Source: the human T2T-CHM13v2.0 reference genome, Homo sapiens
Assembly: GCF_009914755.1 (NCBI RefSeq)
Contig: NC_060929.1
DNA: 64,000 nt
Reading direction: 5' to 3' (one strand)
The position numbers and the translations under genes were made by a program. The notes beneath the pieces are model-generated. The model was not told the origin of the DNA and did no database searches. It worked only from the letters and a program-made list of their open reading frames with translations. Shown here piece by piece: positions 1 through 14,540 of the stretch; the first letter of the stretch is position 1; the number at the start of each line of letters is the position of its first letter.

Positions 1-521
1 ATTATAAAACCAGGTCTTAAGTTTTCTGGTCTAATGCTTGAGGTTATTAGAAGCCTCTGAATTTTAAAAAGTCACAACATCTTTAAAAATACCATACCCA
101 GTTCTTTTAAACCCTTTGTACTTATAGGAGTTTATTTGCATTGTAGGAGAAATTGGAGATGGAGATACAGACACATAAACAGTATCAGAAAGTCTCTACT
201 GTCTCCTTTCACTCTTTTCAGAACAACCATGGTTAGATCCAGAAATCCAGGACTGTGGGCCATTGGGTTCTGTATCAATTTTCAAAAGGTGACATCATAG
301 AATCACAGAATGTTAGAATTGGAAGGACATGGAATCTAATCTCTCATTTGAAACCTGACCTCCTTTTTGTTTTTTACCTGGATGACACTTTCTGAAATTT
401 GGATTTGGGCTTTTGGGTACACATGAAGATATTTACCACTCCTTTATCACATAGAGAAAAATCAGGCTAACTCTTTAAAAAAATGTTTGCACTATCACAT
501 ACATACAGAAAAGAGCTCTAA

Positions 522-2690
<2,169 letters not shown>

Positions 2691-3389
2691 GAGCTCTAAT
2701 CATATAGCTGTATTGATTTCCACAAAATGAGACAATAGAAAATAACTGGATGAATTTTCACAAAAAGAACACCTGAGTAACCAGCACCCAGAGGAGAAAC
2801 AGGACCTTATCTATGTCCCAGAAGCCCCCCTCTGCCCTCTCCCGGTCACTAACTGTTTGAAGGAAATTACTATCCCACTTCTGATGCCATAAATTGATTT
2901 TGCCTGTTTTTGAATGTAACATAAATAGAGTCACACAGCATGTACTTCTTTGTGTCTGGTTTCATTCTGTCAACATAACATTTAGGAGATTTACCCATGT
3001 TGAATGAAGTTACAGCTTATTCATTAACTCATTGCTGTGTAGAACTTGATTATGTGAACATACCACATTTTATTCATCCGTTTTTCTTTTGATGAACAAT
3101 TGGGTTGTTCTCAGTTTAGGTTATTAATTACAAGGCTTCTATGAACTTTCTCAAACATGTCTTGGTGGGCATTTGTTTACACTTTTGTGTGAGTATATAC
3201 CCAGCATTGGAATTGCTGGGTCATAGAAATTGCATGTTTTCAATTGCAGTAGATTCTGCCAAATAACTTTTCAGAGTGGTTTTCTAGTCTAGAAAGATTA
3301 TATTTAACTTTTTCAAGGACAAGACCCAGGGGGAAGCATTGGAAGCCCTGTTGTACGTGGGCCTGTAGCATTAGAAGTATCCAGTTAAT

Positions 3390-3570
3390 AAATTGATTGC
3401 TCAATGTGTCTTGATTGAGCTTTTACTATGTGCTAGACACTGTGCTAGAGGCGCTAAGGACCTTATGGACTAATGGAGGGAGATAATTTAAACATATAAT
3501 CACATTATTGACTTTATATTTACAAACTGTGTTAAGTGCTATAAAGGAGATGTACAAAATGCCATAAGAC
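3390..3570 (-). mobile_element. L2 3' fragment
   Basis: ttgattgagcttttactatgtgctagacactgtgctag matches the reverse complement of the L2 3' terminus. Boundaries approximate. Confidence 0.55.
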
Positions 3571-6375
3571 CAGCAGACTAGTGTCCTTTCCCTTTTGATT
3601 CTTTCTGAAAGGAAGGGGAGAAGGGGGAAAGCAACCTACCTCTAAGTGTAATAGTCTTAATTGTGAACCAGCTTCTAAGCTATCAGGTTGGAACCTAACT
3701 AATCACTGAGGGTGGTATAGAATTGATGAATTACTTTGGTGCTCTTTTACTAGTATAAATCTTTGATTTAATGATTGCTGCTCTCTGATTCATACCATAC
3801 TACCCTGGTGATCAATATACATGATGAATGGCTGATTTTCAAGAACCACCCACTTTATAAAGCTCCTTTACATGTACAGTGTGTGTATGTATGAATTAGT
3901 ACTCTAGACAGATTTCTGACAAAGAGGCAGAGGGTGAGGTAATATTGTGGGTGAGGAGGAGGGGAAGAGATGGGGGAGATGAATGGAATTTGCTCGCAGA
4001 AGTTAAGAAGAAATGTTCAGAACAGGCGAAATAAAGTACTACATGAGAGGGCTCCTCTTCTGTGTTGACTTTTTGACAAGTCTCTCTTGGCCCAATCCTT
4101 GGGTTCAAGGATCTGCTGTTGCTTGAAGGAGATTTACTGTCCACAGCTCCTTCAGAAAGAGAAACTTCTTGTAGGCTAAGAGCTTCATGTAATTTACTAG
4201 CTCTGGATTTCTGGGCTTTATTTCAGAGTTTCTAATGCTGAGTGGGGATGAAGTTGGGAAGTTGACTGCAGTTTGCAGAGGTCCAGGAAGACTTGTTTTG
4301 TGATTTGCTCATTCGTTCCTTCATTAAACCCAGAGCCATTTATTGAGTACCTATCATATTTCAAGCCCCAAGCTAGTCACCAGAAACATACTGGTGAGTC
4401 AGACAGGTATTAGCTTTGCACTCAGGGAACTTTTTTTATCTGCAAGGATGTGCTGGACTGCCAGGCTTCTTTTGGTCTGGTGGACATGCACCTGCTATAC
4501 TTCATTGTAGATTTTTCAGGATACCTGGTTTTAGTTTCTGGGAGCTATCTTTAGGCCTCCCTCTTTCTCATGCTCTTTTATATACACATATGTTTTGTGA
4601 TTGGATTTCCTCATCTGTCAAAGTTTGCTTTCTCAAATTTACTAGGGAAAGCTAGGTGTCTTTCATGTAACTATGAAACAATGAGACCAATTTTGATGTG
4701 AGTTTTACAGAAATCAGCCTCTTTCTTGCTATCCTATGAATATGACACCAACTTGAATAGTAAGGTATTAATATTATATAAATGTGAGGTGTTTTGAATG
4801 CCCAGTGACTTTTATCTGGAACACATAATCAAAGCAATGTTAAAAGGCTTCTTATTGTACCATTGTTTTTGATTGCAAGGAGTTGGAAAAAACTTAAAGG
4901 TCTATCATTGGAATTATGGTGAGACACGATGAAATGACTCCAAATCATCATGTAGATTTCTGTTAATGTAAAAATAAGTTCACATCATTTTATTGAATAA
5001 AAAATGGTCGAGAATAACATGCATAGCTATGATCTCTGAAACATAGTAGGTATTTGTTCAATAAACTAATAATCAGATTTTTATAGCTGTCCCTATCAGC
5101 AAAAAGAGGTGTGTGGAATGATGCCCCCAAAACATTAACAATGAGGGGTAGTGGAACATCAAGTGTAAAAAAGGCATTTGAAAATATGTTTTAAAAATAA
5201 CTTGACATTCTTATAGCAAATGTAATTTATGTACATACCCAGAAAATACAAGCTATTTTCATTATTAAACAACAGTATTCTGAGTAAGAACACCTTCTAT
5301 TTGTCAAAAGGGAGGCTAGAAACTTCTCTGGGATCTGATCTTCTTCAGTATGTGAAAGAATTAAGAAAAACGACTCCCAGGCAAGCAGTAGAGTCTCTTT
5401 GTACAAGGCCTGGAGGGCTGATTCTGTTAACCAACCCCCTCCATCCCCCTGGAGAAATCTGAGCGATTCTGCATCTCTCCTCCTGGGAGGTGGTTTGCTC
5501 CCCTCTCCTGAAAGTAGGGGATTCTCACATTTATTACCACTGTGGCTTCTCTTCCCCTTCACTTATCCATCTCACCCGGGTGGGTTTCTTGTTTTATTCG
5601 GCACCCAGTAGAGCCCTGCTGAGCTGTGGGCCTCTCTTTCCCACCAATCCTCATCCAATTAATTGATAAAAAATTAATAATTTAACTTTAGAGATGGGAA
5701 TTATACACCATTCTCCAAGATCCCTCTTCACCAGACCTCCTCGAGTCACCTCAAACAGACAAGCACCTGAAGCGACAGGAAGGAACATTTTCCATATTTT
5801 AAGTGGATTTTACCACTTGAGCATCCTTGATTGGAGGGCAGGAGAAAGAACGGGAGGCACAGAGCAAAATCGGTCCCTCTAGAAATCAGGAGGTTAAAAG
5901 GAAATTGGTAGGAAAAAAATCACATTTGTTCCCTCTGTGCTTTTGGATATATTTGGGACTTTTGCCAACCTACTTACTTATTTTAACCCTGAACTGCATA
6001 TACGTGACACAACTCCATTGATTTTGCATTCATTTAAAAGCATGTGCTCTGAAATTCAGACAGTCTTCACTAGTGGTGGGACCTTTGGCTTCAGTGTTTT
6101 TGTCTGTAAAATAGAACAACCTACCTTCTAGTCTTGTGACCGTCGGTGATATAAAACACTTATAGCACTTAGCATGGCAACTGACATAACACAAGGGCTT
6201 GAAAGTTTTAGATGTAATGATGACTATTGTTTCTGCAAGTCAGTGTTAGTGATTATTTCAACAGAGGCTTAGCTGAAATTTATCATGGTGCTGGGAGGGT
6301 AAGTGTCTTCATAAACTACTGTTCATTTAGGAAGGAAGTTTTCTTTGAAAAAGTTGCTCTTTAAGAATGATATAA

Positions 6376-6675
<300 letters not shown>

Positions 6676-9291
6676 TCAAGTCCCATCTGGTGTCTTAGAC
6701 ACACCGCTGATAAGCAACTGACATAGACACGACACTATTCTTAGTAGGTTATACAAGTACACCCTCTGTTAAATGTCCTGTCAACTATAATCTGAGTTAC
6801 AAGGTTTTAATACTACTTCATTAAATATGCTGTCTAAATTGGATGTTTACTTAAACAAAGGTACCTTTACTTATTTTGAACAAATTGGGGATGTGTTAGT
6901 GTACAATAGAATTGGCAGTTTAGATTGTATTAAGATGATACAGTGACTTGAAGCAAACTCTTTCGGGTTTTTTTCATATAAATTTCATGGTATGAAGAGC
7001 CATGAAGTTCTTTGTAAGTGTCTTACATCTCCTTTGTGCTACAGTAAACCCATAGAGGTTAATAATTGCTAGCTCATCTTTTTATCACACATGCAGCATT
7101 CATAGCCTGGTGTTTAGTGCAGAGGCTCAATATATGTTGAATAAATGATGTCCAAGAGTTTGTGTGAACAGTAATTTGTAGGGCTGGTTAAAGGGAAGAT
7201 GATCTTAAACATGAGCATTTCATGTCAGCCTGTTTTTAATCTCCCACAAAGCATATAAAACCCACGTGCTCACTCTGTGTTTTGTATTTCTTTTGTGTCT
7301 CTTCTGATGACACCTAGGATGGTAGATATTTGGTGAATACTTACTGAATTGGACCAAATTAAATACAGGGAGCAAAAGTAAAATAGGCTGCTACAGATCT
7401 TAAACTGCGAAAGCAATTACTCTGATTTCAGCTCCTCAGTAGATCTTTTGTGGGCTTTCCAGTGCATGGGAACAAAAGTTATCATCCATGGGAAACTGGT
7501 CATATCCAGAACAGAGTCTCATCTCCTCAACTGTTTGCACAAATAATTGTGATTTATTAAAGAAAGTCAACTGTTAATGCACAGTTTGAATTTTGTAGCC
7601 AACTGCCATATTTTCTCAGACCTTGCTTTCAGCTGGGGAAGGACCCTGGAGCACAGTTACCTGGGTGAGTGTATTTACCCAGCTCCTCCTCAAATGGAGA
7701 CAGAAGAGCTTTGGGGAAGCATTTGCTTCCCTTCCAAACTGAGCTTCCTCTGTCTATGAAGCAGAGTGAAGCTATAATTTCAGTTTCATAGTCAGAGTCT
7801 CATGACAATTACTCTAGCATTGGAAAGATATCAACTTTTCCTCCCACCTCCAGGTGATAATGCTGGCTTGTCTAGATATCTCAAGTTTTCATAGCTAGGA
7901 AGATTGATGCTGGGGAACTGATAGGAGAAGGAGTTGAGGGTGGAGACATGGGAGTTGGTTTGTTGAGGAGCTGAAAATAATGGTTCATCCTCAGTGATTA
8001 CAGAGAGGATGACCCTCCAAATCCCACAATAAAAATCATGTCCTGTGTAAAAGGGAGAGGCCATTTCATTCGTGAAAAATATCCATGAATAGACAGGCAA
8101 TGGGAGAACAGCACTTTGGAGGTCAGGGCTTCTGGATGTTTTTCTCTCTTCATTCTTAGACAGGAGATACTGTGGAATAGTTTGATGTAGAGTGAAGAAG
8201 CTACTGAATTGGATAGCAACAGCTGAGTGCATGCAGCCTCACAAGCAGTACAAAGCTCACCAGCCAGTGTAGCTTTCATGACAGCTGCAAAAGCAATGGC
8301 TACATAAACTTTCTCGAGAGGAGGGGGAAAACGGAATGTGAGAGACGCTCTTGCAGTAAGAAAAACATAATAAATCCAAGAGCTACATATAGCCTGGGGT
8401 TTTTATGACCATAGCCAGGCATGAAGGAATGACTGAACTTAAGTAAAGCTGTTAATTACCTGGGTGAGATCAAAAGCCCAAGTAAGGGAAGATATTTATG
8501 ATGCACCTTACAGGATATGCTTCAACTTCTTACTTTTTTTATTAATTAGTTTGATTAAATAGATTTAAAGAGGCTGGGCAGAGCCCTTTAAATCATATTC
8601 CATATTGATCTAATGAAATAGTCAATAAATTTACCAACATAGCCCCTTTCCTTCGCACAGTCTGGAGGGAAATGCTTTACTGAATGGTTATAACTCAACT
8701 CCAAACCTCACTGCTATTCCCACAGTGACTCATAGAGAGCAAGAGGATGCTGGGAAAATCTTTTAGGCCATTTGTGAGAGTGCTTGAATAAGTGGTTTAG
8801 CACCTGTTTACAGACTACTCACCACCCTGCACCCTACCTCCACCTCAAGCCCTTTAGTGGACTTTACTTGAGCCAGCCAGGGTTGGGTGCCTTGCAAATT
8901 CTATGCATCATTTACCAACTTTACTAACTCATGCAACCATCTGTTATATCCCTGGTTTAGGCTTCAAGACTCCAGTCATATTTCAGAGCCTTTGATTTTT
9001 ATTCATTTGTCTATTTAGCTTTTTAGGTATTGACAAAATGCAGCTCATAAATACAATAAAATATGTGCAGGTAAATAACAAATCTATAACAAAGAATCTT
9101 TAATTTCTCAATAAATCTGGACTAAGTCATGGGAATCTTTCCTAAAGTCACTTTTTTTGTGTCCCTTTTCTCATCTCCTACAACAGTGAAGGGAACCTAG
9201 GCAGTGGAAAGCACATGAACAGGGGAATTTTAGATGAAATTTTAGACCCTAGTGTTTCATGAATTTCTTCCTCTGAGTGTGGAATGGAGCA

Positions 9292-9682
9292 TGTTAAATT
9301 AAAAAAAAAAAGGCATTGGCCTGAGGCTGTCTCCCTACTTTGAGTTTGTGATGAACTGCAATCTTAGTACATACACGAACCTAACTTAGAAGTATATTAT
9401 TTGCAACAGATAGCTGGGTCTCAACCAATCACAAGCAGTCAAGCTTCAGCCAATTACAAGCTGTCAGCTAATCAGACCATGTCAAAATAAGGCAAACTCC
9501 AAGCTACAACCAATCAAGCTATTTCTGTACCTTCTGTTTTCTGTCTGTAAATACTGACTGCCTGGGTTGCAGAGAAGAGCTCTCTGAACCTCTTCTGGTT
9601 CAGAGTGCTGCCCAATTCATGAATAGTTCTTTGCTAAGTTAACTCTGTTAAATTTAATTTGTCTAAAGTTTTTCAATTAACA
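9292..9682 (+). mobile_element. ERV1 solo LTR, MER57 family
   Basis: TGTTAAATT...TTAACA termini, repeated CCAAT boxes, aaataaggcaaac and actctgttaaatttaatttgtctaaagttttt typical of MER57. 4-bp TSD agca at 9288-9291 and 9683-9686. Confidence 0.85.
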
Positions 9683-11499
9683 AGCAAGATGTACATTTGT
9701 CTGATAGTCACTAATGCTAAAGGCAGATGTAAAAACGGTATTCTGGGGACATGATTTCCTCGGGCTTAGAGTGTCAAGTCAGCACAGAGGTGACAAAATT
9801 AACTTTAAAAATACCTTAATGTGCTCATACAGGCAGTGTTACTAGTTTTGTGCCTACAGCCCTGCAAATAATTCTTGTTTACATTCAAGTATGAGAACCT
9901 ACAAACAGGAACAAGAACAAATAAGTGTGCAGCTATGGGGAATCCAAACCATCCTATCATGAAGATGACTGTCCAATTCTTAGCCATGACTCGGGATGGG
10001 TTGTGGGTCCTAAAGTGGTCCTGGTTGCCTTCAGGCTTTTATCTACACTATTTTAATATTAAACCTCTCTTAACCTTAATGCAGTTTCATATATTTATTT
10101 GTGATTGTGAGACTTAAACCAGGAATCATATCCTGGAGGATGGGGCTGGTGAAGTGTGGGTATCTAGGTTTGAAAACCTGGAAGCCTAGGTGAAATTGGG
10201 CCTCGATACCCCTTTACTGTACTTGAGAAAGCAACTGAATTTACTATCTCAACCAAAGCAGTTTATGGATGTAAAATGATGTTAAAGAGGAAACGCCATC
10301 ATGAATTGGAATGTTGAACTCATTTGGAGTGATGGAGAAATCTGTGTAATTGAGGCCTTTCCTTCTCCGCCCACACCTACCTCATTCTATCTTCAATTAT
10401 CTGGGTAATTTGGTCCTGAGGGCATAAATTCCTTTATAACTCAAATCCATTATGCGAGAAGAATCATCAGGAAATTACTCAGATTGCATCCCAGAAGCTG
10501 TGCCTAGGGTTTTGGAGCAGATCCGGCCTTCCATTAGCCCAGCACTGCTCTCGATTTTAGATACGAGCCTGGAGGCTGGACATCCACAGCTCTTCCCTTC
10601 ATCTCTCTTTGTTTCAGCAAGAGCTGCCTGTAGGGAAGCCCCGTGCTGGTGCTGGCTGGCGGTGGCTTCTCTCTGCCCAGGGCCACTGTCGCTGCCAGCT
10701 TTCCTTGGCTGATGTAGATGCATTCATTCCAGGCCAGGGAGAGCTGCTGCCAGGCGGGCAGGCATATGCTTTTGCCTTGTCTAGCCATCTCCAGGAGCCA
10801 GGGACACAGGCCTTTTAATTCAGCTAAACCTCAGGCCTTCTGGTGGAGAGCTGATTTTCATGTTTGTGCCCTGACAGGAGATGTCTCTGTGTTGTTGATG
10901 GTCAGGAGCTGCCTGCCTTTGGGCTTACAGGTACCCACGCCAAATGCAAACATTTTTCGATTTAGATTTTGGATGAGGACGTTTCAGTGTTTTGAGCAGA
11001 CTCATTTATCTGGCTTTACTTTTTCTAGATTTCTGGTTTACTAGGGATACTCAGCTTGGGTTTGGGGTATGCATGCATTTTCCCTTGTATTCTTTTCTTG
11101 CTTTCACAAAGTGATGACTCAGAAGAAGGTAGCATATGGAAGGGTTTTGGATTTTGGTGTCAGGGAGACATATGTCTGTTGCTTTGTAATGTCTTTCCTC
11201 ACAATTATGTATGTGCCATTTGAACAGATATTTTGTTCATCTTATTTTCTGCTGTCTCCCAGTGCCCAGCATAGTGCCAGGCATAATAGGTGCCCAATAA
11301 ATAATGTGAGTGAGTGAAAGGGCAGGCTCAGATTCTGCTACCAACTTAGAAGCCTTGTGATTTTTGGTGAGGTTTTTAACCACCCTCTGTCAGTTCGTCA
11401 CTTGCAAAATGTGTAAGACTATATAGAAAGCGACTGCCACAGTCCTGTGAGCAATAAATGTTCTTCAAGGGCAAAAAAAAAGGTGTAGGTTTTTTTTTG

Positions 11500-11660
11500 T
11501 TGTTTATTCAACAACTGTTTATTATAGTTCTATTTTGTGCCAGGCACTATTCTATGTACTATAGATACTGCTGTGAGCCAAATATATAGAATTCTTATCT
11601 TTAAGGAGCTTACATTCTAGTACTCAAAAGCAGACCATAAATACATAATTAATATATAGT
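11500..11660 (-). mobile_element. L2 3' fragment
   Basis: tttattcaacaactgtttatt...tgtgccaggcactattcta...aaggagcttacattctagt. Boundaries approximate. Confidence 0.6.
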
Positions 11661-11702
11661 ATGTAAATGTATACATTTAATGATGTAATGCTTCATTTTT
11701 TT

Positions 11703-12585
11703 ATTATTATTATATTTTAAGTTTTAGGGTACATGTGCGCAACGTGCAGGTTTGTTACATATGTATACATGTGCCATGTTGCTGTGCTGCACCCATTAAC
11801 TCGTCATTTACATTAGGTATATCTCCTAATGCTATCCCTCCCCCCTCCCCCCACCCCACAACAGTCCCCAGTGTGTGATGTTCCCCTTTCTGTGTCCACG
11901 TGTTCTCATTGTTCAATTCCCACCTATGAATGAGAACATGTGGTGTTTGGTTTTTTGTCCTTGCGATAGTTTGCTGAGAATGATGGTTTCCAGCTTCATC
12001 CATGTCCCTACAAAGGACAAGAACTCATCATTTTTTATGGCTGCATAGTATTCCATGGTGTATATGTGCCACACTTTCTTAATCCAGTCTATCATTGTTG
12101 GACATTTGGGTTGGTTCCAAGTCTTTGCTATTGTGAATAGTGCCGCAATAAACATACGTGTGCATGTGTCTTTATAGCAGCATGATTTATAATCCTTTGG
12201 GTATATACCCAGTAATGGGATGGCTGGGTCAAATGGTATTTCTAGTTCTAGATCCCTGAGGAATCGCCACACTGACTTCCACAAGGGTTGAACTAGTTGA
12301 CAGTCCCACCAACGGTGTAAAAGTCTTCCTATTTCTCCACATCCTCTCTAGCACCTGTTGTTTCCTGACTTTTTAATGATCGTCATTCTAACTGGTGTGA
12401 GATGGTATCTCATTGTGGTTTTGATTTGCATTTCTCTGATGGCCAGTGATGATGAGCATTTTTTCATGTGTTTTTTGGCTGCATAAATGCCTTCTTTTGA
12501 GAAGTGTCTGTGCATATCTTTTGCCCACTTTTTGATGGGGTTGTTTGTTTTTTTCTTGTAAATTTGTTGAGTTCATTGTAGATTC
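11703..12585 (-). mobile_element. 5'-truncated LINE-1 (L1PA4-like), about 0.9 kb
   Basis: Antisense L1 3'UTR and ORF2 C-terminus (ORF 11913-12284 ends ...FSFIGGN). 19-bp TSD tgtaatgcttcattttttt at 11684-11702 and 12586-12604. Confidence 0.94.
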
Positions 12586-13849
12586 TGTAATGCTTCATTT
12601 TTTTCCCCACAGCTTTGATTTAATCAATGGAAGAAACTGGTCTTATTACTCTCCATATTCCAAGGCCTAGCACAGGCCCTGTACATAGTAGGTGGATCAT
12701 TTGGAACTGTGGATTATATGGTTTATTTGAAATGGAGATTAATGTTGGAATTTCTTCTTTTCAGCCAAAAAAGATCCTTCACAAGATAAAGTCCCAGGCT
12801 TTGCGGCAATTAACAGAGCATAATTCTTTACATATTTATGAGGTTTTCCATTTTATATATAACTTCTTGCACCTTTGTAATGTTATGGTATTTGACCCAC
12901 TCTGTGAGTTAAGTACACCTGCCACCATTTCACCCACTCAGCAGGTAAGAAAACAGAGGCAGAGCATGGAGATTTGCTAATGTCAGAGAGTTATTTTAGT
13001 GGCATACACATTAGAAACCACATGTCCTGGCCCCAAGCTCTTCTCACTGGATCATGTACCTATGATTATTGAGCCTAAAGGAGGATCCAGGTATTTTCCA
13101 CCTTTATTCACTCTGTCAGTGCTGCTTATTTGCAAAATTTCCTTGCCTTGTTTTTTCTGGTTATATGGCCTGATGTTTGTGTCTATCACATCATTTACAA
13201 ATTGCTCTAAACTCTGTTTTTACTATTATTTCTGACATGCAGTCAATTTCTTAGCTTACAGCTCGATTAATCATGCTTGAATAATTTTGAAGGGAACTTT
13301 TGTGTAGCTGGAATTTGGAAAGTGTTGAAGAATCAGTCTTCTAGCTTTCATCACTACTTTTCCCAGACATAAACCAGCTGAGAAATTCTACTTCATTTAT
13401 CATGATAGGATGTCTATCTCAATGTTCATGAGGATTAACATCATTAATGGTATCTCCAGTTCAGGAAAAAAAGAAAGAGAAGAATCTCTTTGTTTCTGTC
13501 TCAGAATAAACTTTCCTAAAGATGATTTTATACTGCAATTTGAAACCTGCTTTTTTTTTTAACTTCTGATAAAATAGCATGTAAATTGCTCACAAATCAA
13601 ATGTGACATATGATTTATTTACTGTTGACAATCCTGGACCTGTCCAAAGCCACAAGGAATGATAAATTAAGTGCTTCTTCACTTAGTGCTGCTGATGTTC
13701 ATTGCAAACCTTTTTTAAAATGATGTTGAACATTTTTACAGAGGGGACATAGCCCAACACAATAGCCCAGTGAGGAGACAATTACTGAAATGGAGGTACA
13801 TATATATTTTTTCTTTATACACATGTGCACGTGCAAGCACACAATCTGG

Positions 13850-14540
13850 GGCCCCACTAGCTTCATCCTGCTTTTACTCTACACGTTGCTCATATACTTC
13901 ATTCACATTGGTCTTCTTCCTGCAACATACCAAGTTCATTCCTACTGCCGGGCTTGTTGAAGTTTCTCCCTCTGAAATGCTTTTCCCCAAATCTTCACAT
14001 AGCCTAGTGATTCTCAGTCAGGGGCAGTTTTGTCTCCTAGGAGACATTTGGTAATGTCTGGAGATATTTTTGAGTGCCCTGACTTGGAGGTGGAGCTGCT
14101 GCAAGATCTAGTGGGTAGAAGCCAGGGATGCTGCTTAACATCCTACAAGGGACAGGGTAATTCCACATCACAAAAACCGATCCAGTCCAAAATGTCACCA
14201 ATGCTGAGGTTGAGACACCCTACATTATAGCTGACCTTTCTCCACATTTGAGAATTAGTGCAAATGTCAACTCTCCTTCCAAGAGAGGCCTTCCCTGCCA
14301 CCCTCTCTAAAGCAACCTTATTTTCTTCCAGTACTTTTTCTTTCTTCTGTGACTTCAAGCACTATCTGAATTTTTAAAAAATATATTTGTTTACTTGGTT
14401 TTTGCTTGTCTATCCTCTGTAGAATGTACACTATACTTGAGGGATCTTATCTGTTTTTTGTACCACTGTCTTCCCAAAGCCCAGAACAGTGCCTAGCATA
14501 TAACAGATGCTCGCTATACATTTCTTCAAAGGAAGAAAGG
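13850..14540 (+). mobile_element. L2 3' portion interrupted by MER20
   Basis: agagaggccttccctgccacc and the 3' end cccaaagcccagaacagtgcctagcatataacagatgctc. Boundaries approximate. Confidence 0.65.
14005..14222 (+). mobile_element. MER20 (hAT-Charlie non-autonomous DNA transposon)
   Basis: gacatttggtaatgtctggaga...tctagtgggtagaagccagggatgctgct...aaaatgtcaccaatgctgaggttgagacaccct. About 218 bp, matching MER20 length. Confidence 0.88.

Noticed and set aside
8401-8410. Isolated TTTTATGACC HOX/CDX motif (also 7550 TGATTTAT and about 56577 TTTATGAC)
   Set aside because: A few such 8-mers are expected by chance in 64 kb of AT-rich DNA. Only clustered cases were reported.
10452-11044. Cluster of overlapping ORFs in a GC-richer patch (similarly 54946-56020)
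   Set aside because: ORFs in many frames on both strands reflect higher GC and fewer stops. There is no recognisable protein or consistent exon structure.
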